This document shows, piece by piece, positions 39,069 through 50,883 of a DNA stretch of 64,000 bases. Source of the DNA: Yuukianura sp. NJ FZ-2021 (Eukaryota). Location: positions 1,116,001-1,180,000 of the forward strand of contig JAJCTO010000010.1 of assembly GCA_046563655.1 (NCBI GenBank), written 5' to 3'. The notes beneath the pieces were generated by a model that ran no database searches, was not told where the DNA came from, and saw only the letters and a program-made list of their open reading frames with translations. Numbering within the stretch: position 1 is the stretch's first letter; the number at the start of each line of letters is the position of its first letter. Made by a program: the position numbers and the translations under genes.

Positions 39069-40203
39069 CGTCGACAAAGACATTCTTCTCCAAAAGCTAC
39101 GGTGGTACAATATTGATTCAGACTGGTTTGAATCATATCTTGGCCATCGTCACCAACAAGTCAAATTAGGGTTACAATTTTCAAAAATTAAACCAACAAT
39201 TTTGTCTGTTCCTCAGGGATCTGTTCTTGGACCTCTTCTGTTCAACATCATGATAAATGATCTACCACTTGCAGTACGACATTCAATAACCATTCTCTAC
39301 GCTGATGACACTACACTCATCATCTCTGGACCACCAAATCTACTGCAAGATCTCTTAAAGAAACTGGAAGATGACATCACTTCAATTGTAGAGTGGATGA
39401 CACAGAACCGTCTCAAAATCAACCCCGATAAAACGCAATTCATCATAATTGGGAAACCGGGTATTTTGAAAAGCATTGGAGTAACCGAGATCAAAGTTGG
39501 AAACTCAACAATCAAAAACTTACCACATATCAAGTTGCTAGGCCTTTTCCTTGACCAGTCCTTGACATGGGTCACACATATCGACGCAACTGTAAAAAGA
39601 GGCAATGCAGCGCTTTGGAACTTACTACCTCTTCAACATTTCCTTGATGAGCACAACCGGAAAATCTTGGTGACATCATACGTAATCCCAATTCTCAAAT
39701 ACATGCTTGTCATCTTCAGTCAGTCCCAAAAATCCAAACTAAAGAAAGTGAATAACCTTTACAGAAGATGTGCTAGATTTGTTTTGAATCTTTCAAAGTG
39801 GGATAGCATCACATCACAAATTACCAACCTCGGCTGGTTGCCTCTTAACGCTATGGCAGCATATGAAACGCTAAGCTGCTACCTCACCATTCTCAGATCA
39901 AGAAACTCATTCTTTGACAGCATGATCGACTCAATTGAAAATGCCACACTTCAACCGAAGTCAACTCGACGCCGCCATTACTTCCCAATTTGCCCGAATT
40001 TTCATAAAAAGTCACTCATTCAAACGGTTGCCCGTATCACAAGTGAATTACCTCCCGAATTAGACCTCAAAACTGTTAAAAGGTTTAAGCTTTTTGACCA
40101 TTTCCTGAATACCCATGTAACATCACATTTTAATGATTTTACTATTAATGACGATAATGTTTGCAATCTGTCTTGCATTGATGCTGTTGTAGGTTATGTT
40201 TAG
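39069..40203 (+). pseudogene. LINE ORF2 C-terminal part (RT), open but 5'-truncated
   Basis: ORF 39202..40203 plus open in-frame upstream codons back to the insertion junction. Confidence 0.88.
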
Positions 40204-40405
40204 GACGAATCACTGCTGTTTTCATTTTCATTTTCAAACTATTCATTTTATCTTTGTTTTTATCCTAACTTTTAAACGATAATACTAAGTAAGTTACCTT
40301 TACTCAACATTAATATTTGTTAAACTCTGTATCAATTTTCTGCAAGAAGCGTAACAACCTGCATGCAGGACGCTTCCCGAGATTAAAGAATTGAAAGAAT
40401 TGAAT
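39069..40405 (+). mobile_element. 5'-truncated non-LTR retrotransposon (CR1/L2-group-like LINE), copy 1
   Basis: RT motifs TVDKDILLQKL, VPQGSVLGPLLF, YADD, LLGL. The 3' end is a short GAATT-type repeat tail. TSD TGCTAC at 39063-39068 and 40406-40411. The clade assignment is tentative. Confidence 0.88.
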
Positions 40406-42182
40406 TGCTACAAGCGGCAGCTCTGACTGACATACAAACTTATAGTAGCCACCATAGCCTCCATGAGAAGGAGCAAAGAGATATTTTGAAAGCAATCTTG
40501 TACTAGAGAACGGTGTGATCAACAAAATGTGTAATGTCTACTCATTTTCGAAAATTTGTTGAATTAGAAACGGGGTGATGAACTGCTCAGCACTCTTTTC
40601 TGTTATCGTCGTAGGAAGATTATCGGTACAACGTATTTTACCACAGAGCAATCCCCGCTGCTACAAGTGGCAGCTCTGAATGACATGCAAACTTATAGTA
40701 GCCAACATAGCGTCCATGAGAAGGAGCAAACAGATATTTTGAAAGCAATCTTGTACTAGAGAACGGTGTGATCAACAAAATGTGTAATTTCTACTCATTT
40801 TCGAAAATTTGTTGAATTAGAAACGGGGTGATGAACTGCTCGGCACTCTTTTCTGTTATCGTCGAGGGAAGATTATCGGTTCAACGTATTTTACCACAGA
40901 GAAATCCCCGCTGCTACAAGCGGCAGCTCTGACTGACATACAAACTTATAGTAGCCACCATAGCCTCCATGAGAAGGAGCAAACAGATATTTTGAAAGCA
41001 TTCTAGTACTAGAGAACGGTGTGATCAACAAAATGTGTAATGTCTACTCATTTTCGAAAATTTGTTGAAATAGAAACGGGGTGATGAACTGCTCGGCACT
41101 CTTTTCTGTTATCGTCGAAGGAAGATTATCGGTACAACGTATTTTACCACAGAGAAATCCCCGCTGCTACAAGTGGCAGGTCTGACTGATATCCAAATTT
41201 ATAGTAGCCACCATAGCCTCCATGAGAAGGAGCAAGCAGATACTTTGAAAGCAATCTGGTACTAGAGAACGGTGTGATCAACAAAATGTGTAATGTCTAC
41301 TCATTTTCGAAAATTTGTTGAATTAGAAACGGGGTGATGAACTGCTCAGCACTCTTTTCTGTTATCGTCGTGGGAAGATTATCGGTACAACGTATTTTAC
41401 CACAGATAAATCCCCGCTGCTACAAGTGGCAGCTCTGAATGACATGCAAACTTATAGTAGCCACCATAGCGTCCATGAGAAGGAGCAAACAGATATTTTG
41501 AAAGCAATCTTGTACTAGAGAACGGTGTGATCAACAAAATGTGTAATTTCTACTCATTTTCGAAAATTTGTTGAATTAGAAACGGGGTGATGAACTGCTC
41601 GGCACTCTTTCCTGTTATCGTCGATGCAAGATTATCGGTACAACGTATTTTACCACAGAGAAATCCCCGCTGCTACAAGCGGCAGCTCTGACTGACATAC
41701 AAATTTATAGTAGCCACCATATCCTTCATGAGAAGGAGCAAACAGATATTTTGAAAGCAATCTTGTACTAGACAACGGTGTGATTAACAAAATGTGTAAT
41801 GTCTACTCATTTTCGAAAATTTGTTGAATTAGAAACGGGGTGATGAACTGCTCAGCACTCTTTTCTGTTATCGTCGTAGGAAGATTATCGGTACAACGTA
41901 TTTTACCACAGAGAAATCCCCGCTGCTACAAGTGGCAGCTCTGAATGACATGCAAACTTATAGTAGCCAACATAGCGTCCATGAGAAGGAGCAAACAGAT
42001 ATTTTGAAAGCAATCTTGTACTAGAGAACGGTGTGATCAACAAAATGTGTAATTTCTACTCATTTTCGAAAATTTGTTGAATTAGAAACGGGGTGATGAA
42101 CTGCTCGGCACTCTTTTCTGTTATCGTCGAGGGAAGATTATCGGTTCAACGTATTTTACCACAGAGAAATCCCCGCTGCTAC

Positions 42183-43521
42183 CGTCGACAAAGACATTCT
42201 TCTCCAACAGTTACGGTGGTACAATATTGATTCAGACTGGTTTGAATCATATCTTGGCCATCGTCACCAACAAGTCAAATTAGGGTTACAATTTTCAAAA
42301 ATTTAACCAACAATTTTGTCTGTTCCACAGGGTTCTGTTCTTGGACCTCTTCTGTTCAACATCATGATAAATGATCTGCCACTTGCAGTACGGCACTCAA
42401 TAACGATTCTCTACGCTGATGACACTACACTCATCATTTCTGGACCACCAAGTCTACTTCAAGATCTCTTAAAGAAACTGGAAGATGACATCACTTCAAT
42501 TGTAGAGTGGATGACACAGAACCGTCTCAAAATCAACCCCGATAAAACGCAATTCATCATAATTGGGAAACCGGGTATTTTGAAAAGCATTGGAGTAACC
42601 GAGATCAAAGTTGGAAACTCAACAATCAAAAACTTACCACATATCAAGTTGCTAGGCCTTTTCCTTGACCAGTCCTTGACATGGGTCACACATATCGACG
42701 CAACTGTAAAAAGAGGCAATGCAGCGCTTTGGAACTTACTACCTCTTCAACATTTCCTTGATGCGCACAACCGGAAAATCTTGGTGACATCATACGTAAT
42801 CCCAATTCTCAAATACATGCTTGTCATCTTCAGTCAGTCCCAAAAATCCAAACTAAAGAAAGTGAATAACCATTAAAGAAGATGTGCTAGATTTGTTTTG
42901 AATCTTTCAAAGTGGGATAGCATCACATCACAAATTACCAACCTCGGCTGGTTGCCTCTTAACGCTATGGCAGCATATGAAACGCTAAGCTGCTACCTCA
43001 CCATTCTCAGATCAAGAAACTCATTCTTTGACAGCATGATCGACTCAATTGAAAATGCCACACTTCAACCGAAGTCAACTCGACGCCGCCATTACTTCCC
43101 AATTTGCCCGAATTTTCATAAAAAGTCACTCATTCAAACGGTTGCCCGTATAACAAGTGAATTACCTCCCGAATTAGACCTCAAAACTGTTAAAAGGTTT
43201 AAGCTTTTTGACCATTTCCTGAATACCCATGTAACATCACATTTTAATGATTTTACTATTAATGACGATAATGTTTGCAATCTGTCTTGCATTGATGCTG
43301 TTGTAGGTTATGTTTAGGGACGAATCACTGCTGTTTTCATTTTCATTTTCAAACTATTCATTTTTATCTTTGTTTTTATCCTAACTTTTAAACGGTAATA
43401 CTAAGTAAGTTACTTTAACTCAACATTAATATTTGTTAAACTCTGTATCAATTTTCTGCAAGAAGCGTAACAACCTGCACGCAGGACGCTTCCCGAGATT
43501 AAAGAATTGAAAGAATTGAAT
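42183..43521 (+). mobile_element. 5'-truncated LINE, copy 2 (same truncation point and target site; two premature stops)
   Basis: Same junctions as copy 1, 3114 bp downstream. TSD TGCTAC at 42177-42182 and 43522-43527. TAA stops at ~42304 and ~42874. Confidence 0.88.
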
Positions 43522-46500
43522 TGCTACAAGCGGCAGCTCTGACTGACATACAAACTTATAGTAGCCACCATAGCCTCCATGAGAAGGAGCAAAGAGATAT
43601 TTTGAAAGCAATCTTGTACTAGAGAACGGTGTGATCAACAAAATGTGTAATGTCTACTCATTTTCGAAAATTTGTTGAATTAGAAACGGGGTGATGAACT
43701 GCTCAGCACTCTTTTCTGTTATCGTCGTAGGAAGATTATCGGTACAACGTATTTTACCACAGAGCAATCCCCGCTGCTACAAGTGGCAGCTCTGAATGAC
43801 ATGCAAACTTATAGTAGCCAACATAGCGTCCATGAGAAGGAGCAAACAGATATTTTGAAAGCAATCTTGTACTAGAGAACGGTGTGATCAACAAAATGTG
43901 TAATTTCTACTCATTTTCGAAAATTTGTTGAATTAGAAACGGGGTGATGAACTGCTCGGCACTCTTTTCTGTTATCGTCGAGGGAAGATTATCGGTTCAA
44001 CGTATTTTACCACAGAGAAATCCCCGCTGCTACAAGCGGCAGCTCTGACTGACATACAAACTTATAGTAGCCACCATAGCCTCCATGAGAAGGAGCAAAC
44101 AGATATTTTGAAAGCATTCTAGTACTAGAGAACGGTGTGATCAACAAAATGTGTAATGTCTACTCATTTTCGAAAATTTGTTGAAATAGAAACGGGGTGA
44201 TGAACTGCTCGGCACTCTTTTCTGTTATCGTCGAAGGAAGATTATCGGTACAACGTATTTTACCAAAGAAAAATAACCGCTGCTACAAGTGGCAGCTCTC
44301 ACTGACATACAAACTTATTGTAGCCACCATAGCCTCCATGAGAAGGAGCAAACAGATATTTTGAAAGCATTCTAGTACAAGAGGACGGTGTGATCAACAA
44401 AATGTGTAATTTTTACTCATTTTCGAAAATTTGTTAATTTAGTTGCTTGGTTATGAACTGCTTGGCACTCTTTTCTGTTATCCTCGAAGGAAGATTATCG
44501 GTACAACGTATTTTACCACAGAGAAACCCCGCTGCTACAAGTATCAAGTCTGACTGATATCCAAATTTATAGTAGCCACCATAGCCTCCATGAGAAGGAG
44601 CAAGCAGATACTTTGAAAGCAATCTGGTACTAGAGAACGGTGTGATCAACAAAATGTGTAATGTCTACTCATTTTCGAAAATTTGTTGAATTAGAAACGG
44701 GGTGATGAACTGCTCAGCACTCTTTTCTGTTATCGTCGTAGGAAGATTATCGGTACAACGTATTTTACCACAGATAAATCCCCGCTGCTACAAGTGGCAG
44801 CTCTGAATGACATGCAAACTTATAGTAGCCACCATAGCGTCCATGAGAAGGAGCAAACAGATATTTTGAAAGCAATCTTGTACTAGAGAACGGTGTGATC
44901 AACAAAATGTGTAATTTCTACTCATTTTCGAAAATTTGTTGAATTAGAAACGGGGTGATGAACTGCTCGGCACTCTTTCCTGTTATCGTCGATGCAAGAT
45001 TATCGGTACAACGTATTTTACCACAGAGAAATCCCCGCTGCTACAAGTGGCAGCTCTGAATGACATGCAAACTTATAGTAGCCACCATATCCTTCATGAG
45101 AAGGAGCAAACAGATATTTTGAAAGCAATCTTGTACTAGACAACGGTGTGATTAACAAAATGTGTAATGTCTACTCATTTTCGAAAATTTGTTGAATTAT
45201 AAACGGGGTTATGAACTGCTCGGCACTCTTTCCTGTTATCGTCGATGGAAGATTATCTGTACAACGTATTTTACCACAGAGAAATCCCCGCTGCTACAAG
45301 TGGCAGCTCTGACTGACATACAAATTTATAGTAGCCACCATAGCCTCCGTGAGAAGGAGCAAACAGATATTTTGAAAGCAATCTTGTACAATAGAACGGT
45401 GTGATCAACATAATGTGTAATTTCTACTCATTTTCGAAAATTTGTTGATTTAGAAACGGGGTGATGAACTGCTCGGCACTCTTTTCTGTTATCGTCGAAG
45501 GAAGATTATCGGTACAACGTATTTTACCACAGAGAAATCCCCGCTGCTACAAGTGGCAGCTCTGACTGACATACAAATTTATAGTAGCCACCATAGCCTC
45601 CATGAGAAGGAGCAAACAGATATTTTGAAAGCATTCTTGTACAAGAGAACGGTGTGATTAACAAAATGTGTAATTTCTACTCATTTTCGAAAATTTCTTG
45701 AATTAGAAACGGGGTGATGAACTGCTCGGCACTCTTTTCTGTTATCGTCGAAGGAAGATTATCGGTACAACGTATTTTACCACAGAGAAATCCCCGCTGC
45801 TACAAGTGGCAGGTCTGACTGATATCCAAATTTATAGTAGCCACCATAGCCTCCATGAGAAGGAGCAAGCAGATACTTTGAAAGCAATCCTGTACTAGAG
45901 AACGGTGTGATCAACAAAATGTGTAATTTCTACTCATTTTCGAAAATTTGTTGAATTAGAAACGGGGTTATGAACTGCTCGGCACTCTTTCCTGTTATCG
46001 TCGATGGAAGATTATCTGTACAACGTATTTTACCACAGAGAAATCCCCGCTGCTACAAGTGGCAGCTCTGACTGACATACAAACTTATAGTAGCCACAAT
46101 AGCCTCCACGAGAAGGAGCAAACAGATATTTTGAAAGCAATCTTGTACAATAGAACGGTGTGATCAACATAATGTGTAATTTCTACTCATTTTCGAAAAT
46201 TTGTTGATTTAGAAACGGGGTGATGAACTGCTCGGCACTCTTTTCTGTTATCGTCGAAGGAAGATTATCGGTACAACGTATTTTACCACAGAGAAATCCC
46301 CGCTGCTACAAGTGGCAGCTCTGACTGACATACAAATTTATAGTAGCCACCATAGCCTCCATGAGAAGGAGCAAACAGATATTTTGAAAGCATTCTTGTA
46401 CAAGAGAACGGTGTGATTAACAAAATGTGTAATTTCTACTCATTTTCGAAAATTTGTTGAATTAGAAACGGGGTGATGAACTGCTCGGCACTCTTTTCTG

Positions 46501-47192
46501 TTATCGTCGAAGGAAGATTATCGGTACAACGTATTTTACCACAGAGAAATCCCCGCTGCTACAAGTGGCAGGTCTGACTGATATCCAAATTTATAGTAGC
46601 CACCATAGCCTCCATGAGAAGGAGCAAGCAGATACTTTGAAAGCAATCTGGTACTAGAGAACGGTGTGATCAACAAAATGTGTAATGTCTACTCATTTTC
46701 GAAAATTTGTTGAATTAGAAACGGGGTGATGAACTGATCAGCACTCTTTTCTGTTATCGTCGTAGGAATATTATCGGTACAACGTATTTTACCACAGAGA
46801 AATCCCCGCTGCTACTAGTGGCAGCTCTGACTGACATACAAATTTATAGTAGCCACCATAGCCTCCATGAGAAGGAGCAAACAGATATTTTGAAAGCATT
46901 CTAGTACAAGAGAACGGTGTGATCAACAAAATGTGTAATTTCTACTCATTTTCGAAAATTTGTTGAATTAGAAACGGGATGATGAACTGCTCGGCACTCT
47001 TTTCTGTTATCGTCGAAGGAAGATTATCGGTACAACGTATTTTACCAAAGAGAAATAACCGCTGCTACAAGTGGCAGCTCTGACTGACATACAAACTTAT
47101 TGTAGCCACCATAGCCTGCATGAGAAGGAGCAAAGAGATATTTTGAAAGCAATCTTGTACTAGAGAACGGTGTGATTAACAAAATGTGTAAT

Positions 47193-48339
47193 AGCTAATG
47201 GGAGTGGTAGAGAAACGCCCGGGTTTTCAAAATGGCCGCCGTCCTTATCAGCTATTGCATCTGCATAAGACGTTTTTTGCTCATGCGCAAAAAACGTTTT
47301 TTTGCGCATGACGTCATCACCCACTTCCGCACCCCCTAACCCCCCCCCCACTATATATCCCTCCCCCCTATATCCCCCCCCACGTGACCCCCAAGTCACG
47401 TGCCCCCTCCCCCAAACCACGAAATTGAAATTTTTTTTAAAAAAAATCAATTTTTGACAATTTTTGAAAAAAAAATCAATTTTGAAAAAAAATCATTTTT
47501 TGAAAAAAAATTTTTCCTGAAATTTAGAAATTGGAAAATGTATTGAAACTTGGAAATTGAAATCAAAACTCAAGGTAAATTTCCCCAAATTACCCCAACT
47601 TGAAATGTCAAGGTCACGCCAATTTTTTCAAGGTCATGCGCGCCCTTTGCATTGGCATATGCATTTGTGTCAAGGTCATGCGCGCCCATTTGCAATTTCA
47701 TATAAATTTGTTCAAGGTCATTTCAATTTTTTTTCAAGGTCAAGCGAGCATTTTGAAATTGAAATGTCCCGGGAGCCCTTTTCTGGGTTCCCGGGACCAA
47801 GAAGATCAAGGATGGTGCATGGGCGGTACATTCGGCTGGTCAGAGGATTAGTGGGGTGCCACTCGGCCACTGCCAAAACAAACCGCAAACCACTTCCGGT
47901 TAGCCTGCCAAAGCAAACCGCAAACCACTTCCGGTCAACTTGCCCGCGCATATGCACGTACAAATCCATTTGAATTTTCACTTGGTTTGCAAAACAACAT
48001 TAAGGTCAAAGGTCAAACCGAGTGACGCGTCAGTGCTACACGCGTCACAATAGACTTGTCACTACGCTCGGGGGCGTGGCTAGCCGCCCGACTCTTGAGC
48101 CAATCTACGTTGAGCATTTCAAAAGTGGGCGTGGCTCGAGGAAATGGAGACATTTGATTGGTCGAGACTTGCCGCTACACTCGGGGGGTGTGGCCAACTG
48201 TGGCCAATGTGCGTTTACCATTTCAAAATGGGGCGTGACCTCAGAAAATGGAGACATTTGATTGGTCGACAAGACGCGAGCCCACAATATAGTGATGCCA
48301 TTTCCGGCTTAAACACAGACAAGTCGCCCGGGCGGACTG
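47193..48339 (+). repeat. Left TIR of element 2 (~1147 bp)
   Basis: Reverse-complement similarity to 52228-53352 from the terminus to AAGTCGCCCGGGCGGACTG, with many substitutions and indels. Confidence 0.92.
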
Positions 48340-48841
48340 GTCAGAGCCTCCACTTGGATTACATCTGATGGTAGGATCCGTGAGTTCGATTCAATCTGCC
48401 CCCAAAAAATTTTTATGTTGTTCAAGCGTTTTCGGAACAATACAAACGCAGGCTTGGCGTTTATCACTGGCGTGCCGGAATTACTTACGCTTACAACACT
48501 ATGTTAAATTATATTACGGAAACGTGTTTGCAGAAAAGCGTACGGCATAAACCTGACTTTGAACAACCGTATAAAACATAACCGGCAATTTGTGCCACCA
48601 CCAACAGCTTTGCAGAAAACCAAAAACTGAATACAGTTTTTGTTTTTTTGTTCTTTTTTTCGCTTTTTTTTTGGTTTATATTTTTTTGTTTTTTTTTAGT
48701 TTTTTTTTCGTTTTTTAATTTTATTTATAAAAGACACAATGTTTTTTTAACGAAGAGATTAGTTTATTTTTCAAATTTTAAAAAATTTACAAGAAAAAAG
48801 ACTTGAGACAGGGCTAATGAAGATTAAAAATAAAGTTATTT

Positions 48842-50154
48842 TTAAAAGAATATTTTTTTGTTGGATGCAAGTCCAGTAATTCTATTTCCATCAATTTGTA
48901 AAGTTTCGTCTTCGATTCCGACGATGAGAACCACCAAATCCTTTGTGGTCGGGGTTTCAAAATCAATTTCCAATCCGTATTGTCCAGATCTGGTCGCATT
49001 GTACCCGTCAGTCCACAAATCCTGGACGTCAAATGCAAAGATTGCATTTCCGTTTACAAACTTGTCGTAGGAAATGTCATTTCCTTCAGTCTGACGAGAA
49101 ACCAACTTGCACAAATTGTGATAGGCAAGCATGTAATTTTTGTCTTTGAAAATCATTTCTTGATAGACCAACGGTTTTTGCTCAAATTTTAGCAACATAC
49201 GGGTAACACCGTGGGGTTTAAAGTTGAATGGTGACTTTTCAACTTTTTTCCCTTCGTAAACTTCTAGTTCCAAAATGCCAACTAAAAGAAGTTTTGGGTG
49301 CATAGTACTGTGGTAGGCATTTGTCAAATCAACCGAACTGAGATTTTTCGACACGTATTCTAAACGCATGTGGGCCTGATCGTATGAATAGTTGGCCACT
49401 TTGTTTTTTGCAAACCCTTGCCGGATCTGAGTCACTATTTTTTCGCTGGGATTCACTTGGCGAATATAATACTCGGCCGATTCGACTGTAATTTTGTATT
49501 TGGTGGTAGTGGCCGGTCCTCGTAAGCAAAAGGATGCATCGCTCTTTTTAATTTCAAAATAGAATTGAGTGTTGTGCGGGAATAACTTTTTGGTAGTAAA
49601 TAGGCCGACAAACGGGCGCCCAATCATTTCAAACGTTTGACTATTTTTTGCCAAGTTTAATCGCGCCTTGTAACTCGGGTTTGTGTCGTCGTAGGTGTCC
49701 ATGACATCTCCGGCATAATAACCCACTTTTGACAATGTGCTGCATTTGGTTCCAATGCCGTTAAAGAGTTGAGTGAGCATCCAGGCTTCATACGAGTATG
49801 CTCGGTATCCTTGAGCAACTACTTGGCAATTGTTGACCAAAACTTTGAAGTCGTCAATGAACGCATGAAAAAATAAATTTTCAGGCGCAATTTGGTCTGC
49901 ATCGGTGAGTGGAGTTCCATCACTTTTTCTAATTGAAAACACTAGTTTTAAAAAAGAATCGGACAGGTCCAAGTACAAGTAACTGGCTGTTCCACTCGAA
50001 AGTAGATTGGATTAGGGTCTGTCGATGGTGAAAAGGGTTTCACTACTAGATAATTGCCCAAAATGAACGACACATCCGTGGTTGGCTTTGAAAACAAGTC
50101 AAATTTGGCACTTGTGGTGACCAATTTCGAATTCACTGGCACATTAACCTCCAT
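48842..50154 (-). pseudogene. Polinton/Maverick-type major capsid protein, ~437 aa, with one frameshift near 49980
   Basis: ATG at 50154 (MEVNVPVNSKLVTTSAKFDLFSKPTT...NPIYF, in ORF 49948..50223) continues in another frame as YLDLSDSF... (ORF 48842..49978). Collinear end to end with the element 1 MCP; both end KIFF/KIIFFK. Confidence 0.87.
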
Positions 50155-50325
50155 TTTAGCACAAAAACACGCACGAGATGTTGCTTTGACGGTTTCCAAA
50201 TGACGATTGAGCACTATTTTCAAGGGTTAAGATGTAAATTTCGGGGTAGCACTGAGCACTAGACACGTGTTTACTCGTCGAAATGCAAACGCAGACTGAC
50301 TAATAGTTGTGAAATAGGCTCCCTT

Positions 50326-50697
50326 TTATAGCTTTTTGGGCCAAATTTTGCAATTTTGCAACAATTTTACGCCTTTTTCGCCCACTTTTGGCAGATTTTT
50401 CTGGTTTTCTGCTATTGTCTTTAGAAATTTGCATTTTTCTGCAATTGTTGCAAAGATTTCTGTACTGCTGGACCCATTTTTGGGTAAATTTTGCTTCAAA
50501 TTTGACACTTTTTTGGGCCGCGATCGCTTTCTGACCTTCTTTTTGGGCAATTCCGCGGACATTTTTTGAACAATAGCGGGCGATGCTATTGTTTTTGTGG
50601 CTAAACTTGCATTGTCGCACTTGTTTTCGCCAATTTCTGGCGTCAAACTGCCACTATTGTTGCTAAAATCAGAGTTTTCTGGTTCGTCAACTTCCAT
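50326..50697 (-). CDS. Small Lys-rich protein with NLS-like PKKKVRKR (123 aa from the ATG at 50697)
   Basis: Open frame between the minor and major capsid genes. It shares its ~40-nt upstream leader and first codons with the MCP gene. Function unknown. Confidence 0.5.
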   Translation of the reverse strand: MEVDEPENSDFSNNSGSLTPEIGENKCDNASLATKTIASPAIVQKMSAELPKKKVRKRSRPKKVSNLKQNLPKNGSSSTEIFATIAEKCKFLKTIAENQKNLPKVGEKGVKLLQNCKIWPKKL

Positions 50698-50883
50698 TTT
50701 CACACAAAAAACGCACGAGATGTTGCTTCGACGACGACAAATTCGATACTGACGACGTTTTTAAGAATTTTGTGGTAAATTTTGCACAATTTTGCACTGT
50801 TTTCGTGTTGCTTGGTCGCAAGTCAAACGTCAACTGAACAGATTTTGTCTTTTGTGGCCTGTAATAACTGTTTTTTTGAGGAT

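Larger units (their letters stand above)
9739..47192. repeat. Satellite A: head-to-tail tandem array of a 253-bp monomer (~125 monomers) with three retroelement insertions
   Basis: ACGTATTTTACC recurs at 9741 and 9994 (period 253). Diagnostic variants recur at exact multiples of 253 (1518, 1771, 2024, 2277, 2530). Confidence 0.98.

Noticed and set aside
39069..43521. Sequence-specific LINE targeting of the satellite (two independent insertions)
   Set aside because: An identical 5' truncation point and similar flanking variants are better explained by duplication of one insertion.
25564..45404. Recurrent 63-72 aa ORFs (MLGYELLGTLF..., MLITPFS...)
   Set aside because: Chance open frames in satellite monomers with non-ATG starts; they appear and vanish with single SNPs, and 253 is not a multiple of 3.
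9739..47192. Possible CRISPR-like array
   Set aside because: Whole 253-bp units repeat head to tail with no unique spacers and no cas genes, in a eukaryotic TE context.
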